A stretch of DNA of 64,000 nucleotides from Malacoraja senta. Lineage: Eukaryota. The notes below the pieces were generated by a model, which did not search any database, had not been told where the DNA came from, and worked only from the letters and a program-made list of their open reading frames with translations. Shown piece after piece: positions 11,920 through 24,755 of the stretch (position 1 is its first letter; the number at the start of each line of letters is the position of its first letter). The stretch covers positions 9,798,001 to 9,862,000 of the forward strand of contig CM075995.1 of assembly GCA_038087875.1 (NCBI GenBank). Direction: 5' to 3'. Both the position numbers and the translations under genes were made by a program.

Positions 11920-13160
11920 ATTCAGATAACTGGATGATGCATTTTGGTAAAAGAAACCAAGGTAGGACTTACACTAAATGCACAGCCTCTGGGGAGTATT
12001 GCAGAACAGAGAGATCTATGGATGCAGGTCCATATCGCATGAAAGTGGCATCATGGCTACACAGATGAAGAAGATGTTGCTTGCCTTCTTTCAGGCTTTG
12101 GTACTTCATGTCAGAGTCATACAGCATGGAAACAGGCCGTTCAGCCCAACTTACCCAATGCCGACAAAAATGCCCCATCTGCACTAGTCCCACCCGCCTG
12201 CGTTTGGCCCATAACCCTCTAAACCTTTCCTATCCATGGATCTGTCCAAATGTCTTTTAAATGTTACTATTGTACCTTCCTTGACTACCTCCTCTGGCAC
12301 CTCATTCCATACACCCACCACCCTGTGTGTGAAGAAGATGGTCATCAGGTCCCTATTAAATCTTTTCCTTCTCACCTTAAACCTATGTCTTCTAGTTCTT
12401 GATTCCCCTACTCTAACTTATCTATTCGCTTCATGATGTTATATACCTTAATAAGATCACCCCTCAGCCTCCTCCGCTACAAGGAATAAAGTCTTAGCCT
12501 GCCCAATCTCCCCCTACAGCTCAGGCCCACATAGAAATATAGAAAATAGGTGCAGGAGTAGGCCATTCAGCCCTTCGAGCCTGCACCGCCATTCAATATG
12601 ATCATGGCTGATCATATCCTGTCCTGGCCTGGCTCATGTCCTGGCAACATCTGCATAAATCTTCTCAGAATCTTTCCAGCTGAATGGCATCTTTCCTACC
12701 ACAGGGTAACCAAATCTGAACACAATGCTCCAAATGCAGCCTCCAGAACATGAAACATACAGTGGAACAGTACAGCAACAGGCCCTTCAGCCAACAATGT
12801 CGTGCCTAACACAGGACCAATTCTTACCTGTCTGAACATAATCCATATCCTCCAATCCCTGTGTATCCATGTGCCTATCCAAAATTCTCTTAGATTCCAC
12901 TATCGTATCTGCCTCAACCACAACCCCTGGCAGCGTGTTCCAGGCACTCACCACCCTCTGTGTAAAAAACGCACCTCACATCTCCTTTATACTTTGCCCC
13001 TCTCATCTTAAAGCTATGCTCTTTTGCATTTAATATATATCCATCCTGGGGAAATTGTTCTGAATGTCTAGACTCTCTATGCCTCTCATAATTGTACATA
13101 CTTCAATCAGGTTTCCCCTCAGCCTCTACAATTACAGAGAAAGCAACCCAAGGCTGTCCA
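11920..13160. mobile_element. Cluster of nested CR1 LINE fragments (mostly minus strand)
   Basis: ORF 12184-12375 RFNRDL..FFTHRVVGVWNEVPEEVV; repeated CR1 3' UTR motifs. Confidence 0.8.
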
Positions 13161-13590
13161 CCATTCATCCTGCACTGCTCCCCCATCCATCCTGTACTGA
13201 GCCCCACCATTCATCCTGTACTGACCCACCCTCCATTTATCCTGCACCGATCCCCCCCCATCCATCCTGTAGTGATCTCCACATTCATCTTTTACTGATC
13301 CCCCCCCATTCATCCTGTATTGATCCCCCCCATTCATCCTGTACTGAACCCCCCATTCATCCTGTACTGAACCCCCATTCATCCTGTACTGATCCCTCAT
13401 TCATCTTTTACTGATCCCCCGATTCATCCTGTACTGATCCTCATTGATCCTGTAGTGAATTTCCATTCATCCTGCACAGACCCTCCAATCCACACTGTAC
13501 TGACCCCCCCCGTTCATCCTGTACTGATCCCCCCCATTCATCCCATACTGATTCCCCCATCCATCCCGTACTGATCCCCCCCATTCAACA
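13160..13590. repeat. About 22-bp minisatellite CCCCCCATTCATCCTGTACTGA(T)
   Basis: Direct inspection. Confidence 0.9.
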
Positions 13591-14336
13591 CCACTAACAT
13601 CCCCCGTGCTCTCCCCTCACAATTTTACATACTCCAACCAACACGTACCAGCCTTCTAGTCTGAAAAACAACCTTCCACCATCATTCTCTGCTTCCTTCC
13701 ATGAAGTCAAGTTTCGATCCATCCAGCTCTCTCCTTCGATGTCGTACAATTTAACCAGACCACCCTACCATCTAGAGCCTTGCCAAATGCCTTAATGAAA
13801 TCTATATATACATCTGCAGCTCTGCCCTCATCAACCTTTTTGGTTATGAATTCTATCCATCTCCCTGGATAGCTCCCATGTGGGACCTTGCAAAGGTTTC
13901 ACTGTAGTCATGTAGATGACATTGACTGCACCGCCCCCATCACTCCACTCCCTCCCTTCCTTCCTCACTCTGGCATGGCCATTAGTCACGTTCCAAAGTC
14001 CATCCCCGAACACAACCAGTTTGATTAAAGGTCCCTCCTGTAAAGATCACCTCATCAGCCGTGTTCCTCAGTTAGAGGGTTCTGGGACTGAACGAAGACA
14101 GTGTAGAGTGTACCTGACCCATACCTCAGGCCAGGCCTATTCCCCCCCCCCCATGCCAACTACTACATTACTTCTTCCCATCACCACCTCCTTCACTACC
14201 CCCGTCATGCAGCCCACTGACCACATCATTCCTCCGTCATCTCCGCCTCAGCCGGCGAGTTGCTCCCCACCCTCACTACTCCCTCACACTGGTGTCGGTC
14301 TCTGTCCCCTCTATCCCACCCCCATCCATGACTCAC

Positions 14337-14398
14337 CTTCATCAGGTGTTTGTTGACCCATTTGGTGAATGTTTTCTTCTGGACCCGGTCCCGCTCAT
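14337..14398 (-). CDS. PLEC: Plectin exon 2 (start of CH1, common acceptor of all first exons), 62 nt
   Basis: (D)[23 protein letters not shown] acceptor 14401-14399, GTGAGT donor from 14336; phase 1/0. Confidence 0.97.
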
Positions 14399-14499
14399 CT
14401 GCAACACAAAAGATCAATGACATTCAGCTGGGGCAGGAGACACGGGGGGGGGGGGGGGGGGAAGCACCCGAGGCGAGACATGACTAGACCACAGGGAAC

Positions 14500-15172
14500 A
14501 GCTCACAGACAAGAGGACCCCAATAACAGGGGAATGTATCGCAGGGAGCAGACCCCCACAACAGGGAGCAGACCCCCCACAATAGGGTGTAGACCACAGG
14601 GTGCAGACCCCCCACAACAGGGAGCAGACCCCCACAACAGGGAGCAGACCCCCACCAACAGGGAGCAGACCCCCACACAAGAGGGTGTAGACCCCCACAA
14701 CAGGGAGCAGACCACAGGGTGCAGACCCCCACAACAGGGTGTAGACCACAGGGTGCAGACCGCCCACAACAGGGTGTAGACCACAGGGAGCAGACCCCCA
14801 CAACAGGGAGCAGACCCCCACAACAGGGAGCAGACCCCCACACAAGAGGGTGTAGACCCCAGGGGTGCAGATCCCCACAACACGGTGTAGACCACAGGGT
14901 GCAGACCCCCACAACAGGGTGCAGACCCCCACAAGAAGGTGCAGACCCCCCACAACAGGGTGCAGACCCCACAAGAAGGTGCAGACCCCCACAACAGGGT
15001 GGCAGACCCCCACAAGAAGGTGCAGACCCACACAAGAGGGTGCAGACCCCCACAACAGGGTGCAGACCCCCCACAACAGGGTGCAGACCCCCCACAACAG
15101 GGTTGCAGACCACCCACAACAGGGTGCAGACCCCCCACAACAGGGTGCAGACCCCCACAACAGGGTGCAGAC
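14500..15172. repeat. About 20-21-bp minisatellite CAGACCCCCACAACAGGG(T/A)G
   Basis: Direct inspection. Confidence 0.95.
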
Positions 15173-15409
15173 CTGGGCAGGTAGGAGTGAGGGAGGTCGG
15201 AAGGGAGAAAGTGAAGGTAGGAGAGAAGTGCGAGGGAGATGGGAGGGAGGATGGAGTGAGGGAAGTGCATTTGTCTCTGTCACGGGTGGCAGCCAGAGCT
15301 AGGGAGGGTTAAACAAAGGTTGCAGAGTCTGAGGGTGGGGCAGAGGTTCAGCCATGGTGACCAGGTATTCAGTGAGGAAAGATGATGCGTGGGAGGAGAG
15401 GGGGAGGGC

Positions 15410-15832
15410 AAGGGTGGGGGGGCAGGGCGAGTGAGCGTTGTGGGGGGTGAGCGGGGTGAGCAGGTTGGGGGGGGATGAGGGAGGCGGAGGGTGAGCGGGG
15501 TGGGTGAGAGGGTGAGGTGTGGAGGGGGTGAGCGGGGTGAGGGTGGCAGAGGGCGAGCGGGGTGGGTGAGAGGGTGCGGTGTGGAGGGGGTGAGCGGGGT
15601 GGGTGAGAGGGTGAGGTGTGGAGGGGGTGAGCGGGGTGAGGGTGGCGGAGGGTGAGCGGGGTGGGTGAGAGGGTGAGGTGTGGAGGGGGTGAGCGGGGTG
15701 GGTGAGGGTGCGGTGTGGAGGGGGTGAGCGGGTGAGGGTGGCGGAGGGTGAGGTGTGGAGGGGGTTGAGCGGGGTGGGTGAGAGGTGCGGTTGTGGAGGG
15801 GGTGAGCGAGGTGGGGGGGGGGTGAGCGGGGG
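15410..15832. repeat. G-rich minisatellite (GAGCGGGGTGGGTGAGAGGGTGAGGTGTGGAGGGGGT-like)
   Basis: Direct inspection. Confidence 0.9.
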
Positions 15833-15943
15833 AGATTGCCATGTGAGAGTGTAGAGCCACAGCGGTGGACCCTGTGGGGCATACCGAGATCCCCAGGGTG
15901 GAAGGTTTCTGTAGGACAGCCCCTGGGTTGGGAGAGGGGTAGT

Positions 15944-16915
15944 AACATAGAAAATAGGTGCAAGAGTAGGCCTTTCGGCCCTTCGAGCCTGCACCGCCAC
16001 TTGATATGATCATGGCTGATCATCCAACTCAGTATCCCATCCCTGCCTTCTCTCCATACCCCCTGATCCCTTTAGCCACAAGGGCCACATCTAACTCCCT
16101 CTTAAATATAGCCAATGAACTGGCCTCAACTACCTTCTGTGGCAGAGAATTCCACAGATTCACCACTCTCTGTGTAAAAAATGATTTCCCCTAGTTCTGG
16201 ACTTCCCCAACATCGGGAATAATCTTCCTGCATCTAGCCTGTCCTCCTGCTCTCTCGTTGGTTCTTCTACATGTTGGTTTAGAAAACTATCCCGCATACA
16301 TTCCAAGAAATCCTCTTCCTCAGCACCCCTGCCAATTTGATTCACCCAATCTATATGTAGATTGAAGTCACCCATTATAATAGTTTTACCTTTGTTGCAC
16401 GCGTTTCTAATTTCCTGTTTGATGCCATCCCCAACTCCACTACTACTGTTAGGTGGCCTGTACACAACTCCCACTAGCGTTTTCTGCCCCTTAGTGTTTC
16501 GCAGCTCTACCCATATCGATTCCACATCCTCCAAGCTAATGTCCTTCCTTTCTATTGCGTTAATCTCCTCTCTAACCAGCAACGCTACCCCGCCTCCTTT
16601 TCCTTTCTGTCTATCCCTCCTGAATATTGAATATCCCTGGATGTTCAGCTCCCAGCCTTGGTCACCATGGAGCCATGTCTCCGTGATCCCAACTATATCA
16701 TATTCATTAATAACTATCTGCACATTCAACTCATCCACCTTATTACGAATGCTCCTTGCATTGAGACACAAAGCCTTCAGGCTTGTTTTTACAACACTCT
16801 TACCCCTTATACAATTATGTTGAAAAGTGGCCCTTTTTGATTTTTGCCCTGGTTTTGTCTGCCTGCCACTTTTACTTTTCACCTTGCTACCTATTGCTTC
16901 TACCCTCATTTTACA
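15944..16915 (-). mobile_element. Internally deleted CR1 LINE: intact AP-endonuclease coding segment joined to the 3' end
   Basis: ORF 16160-16909 has CLNARSIRNK, GITETW, RRDR..GGGVALLV, VYRPP, MGDFN, then jumps to DRLDAGRLFPMLGKSRTRG; CR1 3' UTR follows. Confidence 0.9.
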
Positions 16916-17220
16916 CCCCCCCCTGGCCCCATGGGATTTAACCTGGCCCCATGGGAGTACGGAGAGTTGCCGACATTACGGGAGGTGCGGAGGGCAGCAG
17001 CCGGGCAGCGGAGAAGGAGTGAGCAGGGGCGGGGTGTGGAGAGCATTCACTCTAGGATGAGCCTCTCCCACAGACCAGTGGATCCTCGGAGACAAAACAC
17101 AGCAAATCCTGACCTGAAAGAGTTAACATCAGCCGAGCACGCAGCCAGAACACATCGCAAACGCAATCATTCCTCCCGCCTGCTCCGCTCCGGAAAGAAA
17201 GCCCAGCCCAGGGTAAATAC

Positions 17221-17308
17221 CTTTCCGTGCCTCAGTGGACTTCAACTTGTCCTGGTACAACCTGTCGTCGGAGGTCAGGCGACCCCGGGGGGACTGTGCT
17301 GTAAACAT
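17221..17308 (-). CDS. PLEC: Plectin alternative first exon 1a-like
   Basis: MFTAQSPRGRLTSDDRLYQDKLKSTEARK + G|GTATTT, phase 1 (88 nt); resembles mammalian 1a ..RKRTSSEDNLYLAVLRASEGKK (from memory); closest coding first exon to exon 2. Confidence 0.8.
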
Positions 17309-17554
17309 CGGGTGGGAGCAGAGTCTGAACCGATTCAACTGTGTCTCTCTGACTGACTGAATGACGCCTCTGTGCTTACACAGCTCTACTTGTTAGAGCC
17401 AGTCTGCACAACTTTCAATCACTGCCCCTCCCAACGCCACAAGGTGTGGTTCGAGGTGTGGCTACAGGCACACAACAGGAGAGGGCAGGCAGAATGGGGT
17501 TGTGAGGGGGCAGAGATTCAGGGCAAGCGTACCTGCCCACTCCCACTCCCAGCC

Positions 17555-18550
17555 TTTTTTTTAAATTATACAAATACTTTTATTCAAAAAATAAACATAC
17601 AGAGTATTAACACGATCAAAGGCTGCCTATATTGACAGTTTACAAACAAACGGTCATCAGATTAATATACCGGCAACTTTATCAACAATACACTCGACCT
17701 CCCGCGGCGACCAGTGTTCACGGAAGGCCTCCTAGGTCCTCGTGGATACCGCGTGATCCCTCTCCAGGGACACACGGGCACGGACGTAGGCCCAGAAAAG
17801 GGGCAGGCAGCCAATCCCGGCGCGGCCGTCGACTACCCGCTGCCTGGACCCGCTAATGGCCATCTTGGACAGGCCCAGGAGCAGACGGAAAGGGAGATCC
17901 TCTCTTCCATCCCGACCTTCCCCCCTCTGCGCCGGGTTCCCAAATATCAGGTGTGTGGGGCAAAAATGTAGCCAATACTTGAGGAGCAGCCCCTTCAGGC
18001 TACAACCTCTCACACTGCATGTAGACGTGGAACACGGTCTCTTCCTCGCCGCAGAAGTGACAGGCGGCTGGCGAGTCCATGAACCGGCTCAAGTACCTGT
18101 TACAGGCCACAGCCACGTGCAACACTCTCCACCCCAGGTCCCCATGTAAAGGGGGAGGACTCCCCTATAGAGAGACCTCCACTGGGGATCGCTCCCGCCG
18201 TCAGGTGATAACATGGCGTGTCAGGATGGAAGACGAGAGTGAGGAAGTGTATAGTGTGCAGGAGCAGCTGGTACAGTATGCGCCTCTCAGCGGCACGGTA
18301 CGGCATGCTGGGCATCTCGGAAAGGCGGCCAATGTTCCGTGGGGTCGGCTCTCGGGAAGGGACCCGGGCCGTAGGTCCTATGAGCAATTCCAACAGCTGG
18401 GGTAATTGGGAGTGAAAATGAGTCACATCCTGCCTATCTGTGGGCTCACCCTGCACTGCCTCATCCACTCAACGGTCCGCAGTTGCCCGATGGACTGTGT
18501 CCTCCCCCACCCCTGTACAACAGATAGATGTGCCTAGCTGGCAGCAAACA
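17555..18550 (-). mobile_element. 5'-truncated Tx1/L1-clade LINE with poly(A) signal and A tail
   Basis: Minus translation GDLGWRVLHVAVACNRYLSRFMDSPAACHFCGEEETVFHVYMQCERL (zf-RVT-type CxxC..H..C); ends AATAAAAGTATTTGTATAATTTAAAAAAAA. 5' boundary approximate. Confidence 0.85.
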
Positions 18551-18557
18551 TAGCCAA

Positions 18558-18840
18558 TGGGTGGGGGTGGAGACACAGGGTGATGTGGGGGTGGGGATGT
18601 GGGACGTGGGGGTGGGGACAGGGATGTGGGACGTGGGGGTGGGGACACGGTGATGTGCGGGTGGGGGTGGGGACAGAGTGGGGGTGGGGACGGGGATGTG
18701 GGACGTTGGGTTGGGGACACGGTGGGGGTGGGGACAGGGTGATGTGGGTGGGGACGGGGGATGTGGTGGTGGGGGTGCAGACAGTGGTGTGGGACGTTGG
18801 GTTGGGGACAGGGTGATGTGGGGGTGGGAATGGGGTGGGC
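18558..18840. repeat. Degenerate GT-rich minisatellite (GGGGGTGGGGACA..ATGTGGGACGT)
   Basis: Direct inspection. Confidence 0.85.
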
Positions 18841-20484
18841 AGGAGGTGATACAGTGCGGTTTCTGCTCTGTAAGGGGGAACGGAGAGGCGTCATTCTTTA
18901 ACTGGGGAGGGACAACTCGTTGCCCAATAAAGGAGACAAAAGCCTCAATAAATCAGACGGGGGAAAGGGGCCCTTCGGCCCATCTTGCCCGTGCCCACCC
19001 TGGTGCCCTGCTACACTGATCCCATTGATAAAGGAGGTGGGGGATGGGAGGCAGCAGGTATCGGGAGCCGGTGGATCACTGGAATTGCGAGGTGTGCGTG
19101 GGACTACAATCGGAGGTTGTGGCCGCTGACGAGGCCATGTGCAGTGTGTGCTCTCCGTTTACACACTCCATGGTGTGTACTGGAGGCTGTGAGGCACAGG
19201 TCATGGGGTTGATAAGTGGGGGTGAAGGGTTAACACAAAGCGACAATGAGCAGGTGGGACCCGCATCGCTGCAGCAATGATGGTGATCCCATTGACAGAT
19301 ATGAGCACCAAAACATGGAACAGTTCAGCACAGGAACAGGCTCTTCAACCAATAGTCTGTGCCCAGCAAGGTGCCAAGTTAAGACATATCTGTCTCCACC
19401 ACCACCACTGGCAGGCAGTGTGTTGCAGCTCCCGCAACTCTCTGTAAAATAACCTCCTGCGCATCTCCAGTAAACTTTGACCCTCTCACCTTCAAGCTCT
19501 GTCCTTCACTCTGGGAAAAAGGTTCTGACTGTCTACTCTATCTATGCCTCTCATAATGTTATACATTCCATCAGGTCTCCCCTCAGCCTCTAATGCACCA
19601 GAGAAAATAATCCAAGTTCGTCCAAATGTTTAGCTAATACCCCATAATCCAGGCAGTATTCCAGTAAACTCCTTCTGCAACCTCTCTAAAACTTCCACAT
19701 CCTTCTTGTAATGGGAGGCCAGAACTGCACACAGTATTCCAAATGCAGCCGAAGCAACGTTTTATAAAGATGCAACATGACTTCTTGACTTATACTCAAT
19801 GCCCCGACCGATGAAGACAAGAGAATAAAGAGGTCACCAAATTAAAATGATGTTGGGGAGGAATGCCCCTCTCCCCCAGCGAGCTGAGGAGGTGACCAAT
19901 GTTGTACTCAAGGCCGAGGCTGAGAGATTTTAATACAATGGAGTTGAGGAGTTTGCAGGGAGAGTGGGAAACTGATTGAAGCAGCTGCAATCCTACAGGG
20001 ACGAGGAGCATTGTGTTCCCTTTGCATTTCCTTGTTACTTTCCTCTATTGCACTCACTTTTCCCTTCCACTCTCTCCCTCCCTGTCCCTCTTTCTCCCCT
20101 CCACCTGCCTTTCCATCCATCCCTCCCTCTCCCCCTGCCTCAGCGTGCTACTCTTGGACGGTGTGCGAGAGACCTGGGTGGATTGTGTGCCTGCCTTCAG
20201 ATGTCACCGGCTCAGCCCCACACCCTGGGACAGGTGAGGGAGGTTTGGCTCCATGCTCCACATTTCTCAGCTTGTTCCGACAGCCCCACACACACAACAC
20301 AGAGAGAAGGTTCAGCTGCAGCAGAGCCAGCCCAGGCAGGGCTAGACCTGCCCCAGGGAGCAAGGAAAGCACAGTACTCACGCAGAACATCCCACTGCTC
20401 CCAGCACAACCCACCCAAACACACTATCATATATCAAACCCCTAACCCACCCCATCTCTCTGTCAGCCCCAGCCCACAACCCTG

Positions 20485-20774
20485 TATCAATCCCACTGCC
20501 CCACTCTCTCCCCACTGACCTGTGTCAATCCCACACTAATCCCACAGCCCTGTACTCATCCCACTGCCCTGTGTCAATCCCACTGCCCTGTACTGATCCC
20601 ACTGCCCTGTACTGATCCCACTGCCCTGTACTCATCCCATTGCCCTGTACTCATCCCACACTAATCCCACTGCCCTGTACTAATCCCACTGCCCTGTATT
20701 AATCCCACTGCCCTGTACTAATCCCACCGCCCTGTATCAAGCCCACTAATCCCACTGCCCTGTACTAATCCCAC
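20485..20774. repeat. 19-bp minisatellite ATCCCACTGCCCTGTACT(A/G/C)
   Basis: Direct inspection. Confidence 0.9.
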
Positions 20775-21014
20775 TTATTGTGGGGTCTTCACAGTTCTAC
20801 CACCTTTGCCTGGGTGGGTGGGGGCAAGTTGCTGGCTGGTGTTTTACCCTGCGATGGGCAATTGCCCACTGGGGTTAGTGATGTGGTGGGGAGTGTTGAT
20901 GGTATGGCGTAGTGTGGAACTTCCCTCTCCCTCACACAGAGAGCCAGTGCCCAGGGAGAGGGAGGGAGCGGGAGAAGAGAGAGAGGGGGAGGGGGAGGGG
21001 GAGAGGGAGAGGGA

Positions 21015-21059
<45 letters not shown>

Positions 21060-21069
21060 TGGCGGAGTG

Positions 21070-21290
21070 TCTGGAATGTGTGCCTCACCCTGAGCGAGAG
21101 GCGGATCAGGGCTGTGGGGAGAGAGCGTGACCACACCCTGCAGGATATAGGCAGTGCTCCAACAGTAGCTCCCTGACTCACAGTCGGAGCACCGGAAGCT
21201 GCCGAGCTGGGCAAGTTACACCCAGTGAATCAGGCGGACAGCCCTGCCAGGAATGCTGCCAACTCACTCACTCCGCACATTCCACAGACC
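21070..21290 (-). promoter_or_regulatory. Candidate promoter/enhancer with possible non-coding first exon (donor after 21089)
   Basis: AP-1 TGACTCA 21174-21180; TEAD-type GGAATG/CATTCC at 21073, 21250, 21278; CTATAT near 21145-21150; donor CAGG|GTGAGG; no ATG in the candidate exon. Confidence 0.4.
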
Positions 21291-21786
21291 CCTCATCATC
21301 AGCATTAACCAGGATCAAAGTCCCAGACACATCCACGCAGAGACCAGTGACATAGGACCCTCGAGCCAGGAGAACATCCAGCAGCACAGCACAGGAACAG
21401 GCCCTTCGGCCCACAATGTCGCTTCATAACATGATGCCAAGTTGAATTAGTCGCTTCTGTCTGGACGAGATCCCTCCATTTCCAGCATTTCCATGTGCCT
21501 ATCTAAAAGCCTCTTAAACATCATTATGGTATCTGCCTCCACCACCACCCCTGGTAGCACGTTCCAGGCACCCACTCCTCTAGATTAATAAACTTCTCCT
21601 TTAAACATTTCCCCCTCTCACATGAAAGCTATGCCTCCAGTCTTTGACATTTCCACTCCAGAGAAAGCTGCAGGGAGTGGTGAAGGATGCCTGTCACACT
21701 GGCCACTTCCTTTTCTCTTCAACCTTCTGAGATCAGATACAGGAGGTTGAAAGCTGAACGTACAGAAGTAAGAAGAGCTGCTTCCC

Positions 21787-23365
21787 CATGAGAGGAATAG
21801 ATCGGGTAGACGCACAGAGTCTCTTGCTCAGAGTAGGGGAATCGAGGACCAGAGGACATAGGTTTAAGGTGAAGGGGAAAAGATTTAATAGGAATCTGAG
21901 GGGTACCTTTTTTATGTACCTCTTTCTTCTGCAGTTGTATTGCTTCTGCAGTTGTATAGGGCTCTGGTGAGACCACATCTGGAGTATTGTGTACAGTTTT
22001 GGTCTCCTAATTTGAGGAAGGACATCCTTGTGATTGAGGCAGTGCAGCGTAGGTTCACGAGATTGATGCCTGGGATGGCAGGACTGTCATAAGAGGAAAG
22101 ATTGAAAAGACTAGGCGTAATTGGAACTGGAGTTTAGAAGGATGAGGGGATAACTTATAGAAACATATAAAATTATAAAAGGACTGGACAAGCTAGATGC
22201 AGGAAAAATGTTCCCAATGTGGGCGAGTCCGGAACCAGGGGCCACAGTCTTAGAATAAAGGGGAGGTCATTTAAGACTGAGGTGAGAAAAAATGTTTTCA
22301 CCCAGAGTTGTGAATTTATGGAATTCCATGCCACATAGGGCAGTGGAGGCCAAGTCACTGGATGGATTTAAGAGAGTTAGATAGAGCTCTAGGGGCTAGT
22401 GGAGTCAAAGGATATGGGGAGAAGGCAGGCACGGGTTATTGATTGGGGACGATCAGCCATGATTACAATGAATGGGGGTGCTGGTTCGAAGGGTCGAATG
22501 GCCTCCTCCTGCACCTATTTTCTATGTTTCTATGCAAAGAGTGGTAGATTATGGAACGAGCTGCCAGAGGAGGTAGTTGTGGCAGGGACTATCACAACGT
22601 TTAAAGAACATTTGACAGGTACATGGATAGGACAGGTTTGAAGGGATATGGACCAAGCGCAGGCAGGTGGGACTAGTGTGGCTGGGACATGTTGGTGAAC
22701 CAATCACCTCTTTCACACCCCATTCCCGGGAGAGCTGCCATCTATTAGAAGAAGTATAACATAGCAAAGATGAGCGGGAAGCCAGAGGATTGGGTAACTT
22801 TTAAAGAGCAACAGAAATTAAGTTAAAAGGCAATACGGGGAGAAAAGTTGTGGTACGAAGGTAAGCTAGCCTGTATGGTCGTGAGTAGTCGCCCAAAGAG
22901 TCTACCTTTTTCTGGTCGCCACTGGATTTTTAACATGTTGAAATTTTTCGGCAACCTGCAACGACCAATGACAGGTGCCGGCAGTCACCGAAAAAGTCAC
23001 GTAAGTGGGACAGGCCCATTAGGGTTTGGACACGCTAGAGGCAGAAAACATGTTCCCAATGTTGGGGGAGTCCAGAACCAGGAGCCATAGTTTAAGAATA
23101 AGTGGTAAGCCATTTAGAACGGAGATGAGGAAAAACTTTTTCACACAGAGAGTTGTGAGTGTGTGGAATTCTCTGCCTCAGAGGGTGGTGGAGGCTGGTT
23201 CTCTGGATGCATTCAAGAGAGAGTTAGATAGAGCTCTTAGGGATAGCGTAGTTAAGGGATATGGAGAGAAGGCAAGAACGGGGTACTGATTGTGGATGAT
23301 CAGCCACATTGAATGGCTCGAAGGGCCGAATGGCCTACTCCTGCACCTATTGTCTATTGTCTAGT
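21787..23365 (+). mobile_element. Nested CR1 LINE 3' ends with a DNA-transposon (MITE) end fragment at about 22872-23017
   Basis: CR1 at 21787-21915 resumes at about 22535 after a second CR1 (21947-22535); third CR1 at 23020-23365; AGTGGGACAGGCCC terminus resembles Harbinger-like TIRs (low certainty). Confidence 0.78.
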
Positions 23366-24755
23366 ACTCTGAACTCTATTTGAAGGACAATAAACTAATC
23401 TGAATGTGAATTCCTGACTGCAGATAAACATTCTATGACTCAAGCCAGCAGCTGGTGTGGGCACAGCCTGTGTTACACACTCATGCGGGCACGGCCATGT
23501 TACACAACTCACAGAAAGCATACTTATCACAAGTCAGGTCTCAGGAGTAACTGAATTCACCATCACCTTGCATGCACACCAAGGTTAGAATCACAGTCAT
23601 ACAGCTGGGAAACAGGCCCTTCCGCACAACCCATCCATGGAAACAAAGATGCCCCACCGCTGAGGGGAAGTCCTGTAATGATTAAGGTTGGAACCTCTTT
23701 GTTCAATGACAATGTGATCATACCACTGGGACCAACAACGGGTTGCTAACTAATGGGAAGGATGCAATGAATAAGTTTGCAAGGAAGTTCCAGATATCTG
23801 GAAAAGTGGTCAGGCGGTGAGAATGGAGACCTGCACCGTACAACAACAGACTGGGCCACAGCAACATACTGGGCTGAGGAGTGTGTTCACAACTCCCTCA
23901 ATTAGCAAGTTTCTACAGCAGCACTTTCAGGGGATGATATCAGAGAGGACATTTAGGAGGTGAAGTTCTGTGAAATCTGGTTTCTTGGTTCTGGGGTCGC
24001 ATTGTGTGTACTTCACTTTAACACTAAGTACTACAGCTAATATTATTATTGATTATTATATATTATTTGTGATTTTGCATTTACAAGCCTGTAAAGCTGC
24101 AGCAAGCAAGAATGTCATTGTTCCGTTGCCAGTACATACAACAAACACTGATGACTCCTCATGCATATTTTACTCTGCCTCGATTCAAGTGTTTATCTCA
24201 ATGATTCTGAAACAGGAATAGTCCCCGCCACACCCCACAGACAGTGTGTTCTACAACCATCCTCTGGGGGGGAATATTCTTCCTCTGATTGTTTCTAAAC
24301 CGCCTACACCTCACCTTAAACCTGTGCTTTCTAGCTTTAGATAGTTCTGCTTTGGGGAATGTTTCCTCTTGTCACTGCTCTTTGCCCATCACAGTTCGGA
24401 TCATCCTTCTCAGTTCCCCCTCAGCCACCTGCAATCATTAAACTGGGCGCAGAGGAGGCATAATGAGAGGCTGGATCGTGTGGGATTTCCCCCCCCCTGA
24501 AGGCTTAGAGGCTGAGGTTTGACCTTGTAGAGGTGTATAAAATCATGAGGGGAATAGATCAAGTGGACGGTCACAGTCTTATCTCCAAGGTAGGTGAATC
24601 AAAAACTAGAGGGCACAAAGGAAGGAAATAATAGGAGCAACTTTTCCACAAAGAGGATGGTGGTTATACAGAAAGAGCTGCCAGAGGAGGTCGTTGACAC
24701 AGGTACAACAACTACTTTTGAACAGGTACATGGATAGGAAAGGTTTAGAGGTATA

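Noticed and set aside
20050..20420. GTGAGT donor-like motifs at 20381 and 20057 in unique sequence
   Set aside because: No compatible ORF or promoter motifs; cannot be distinguished from chance.
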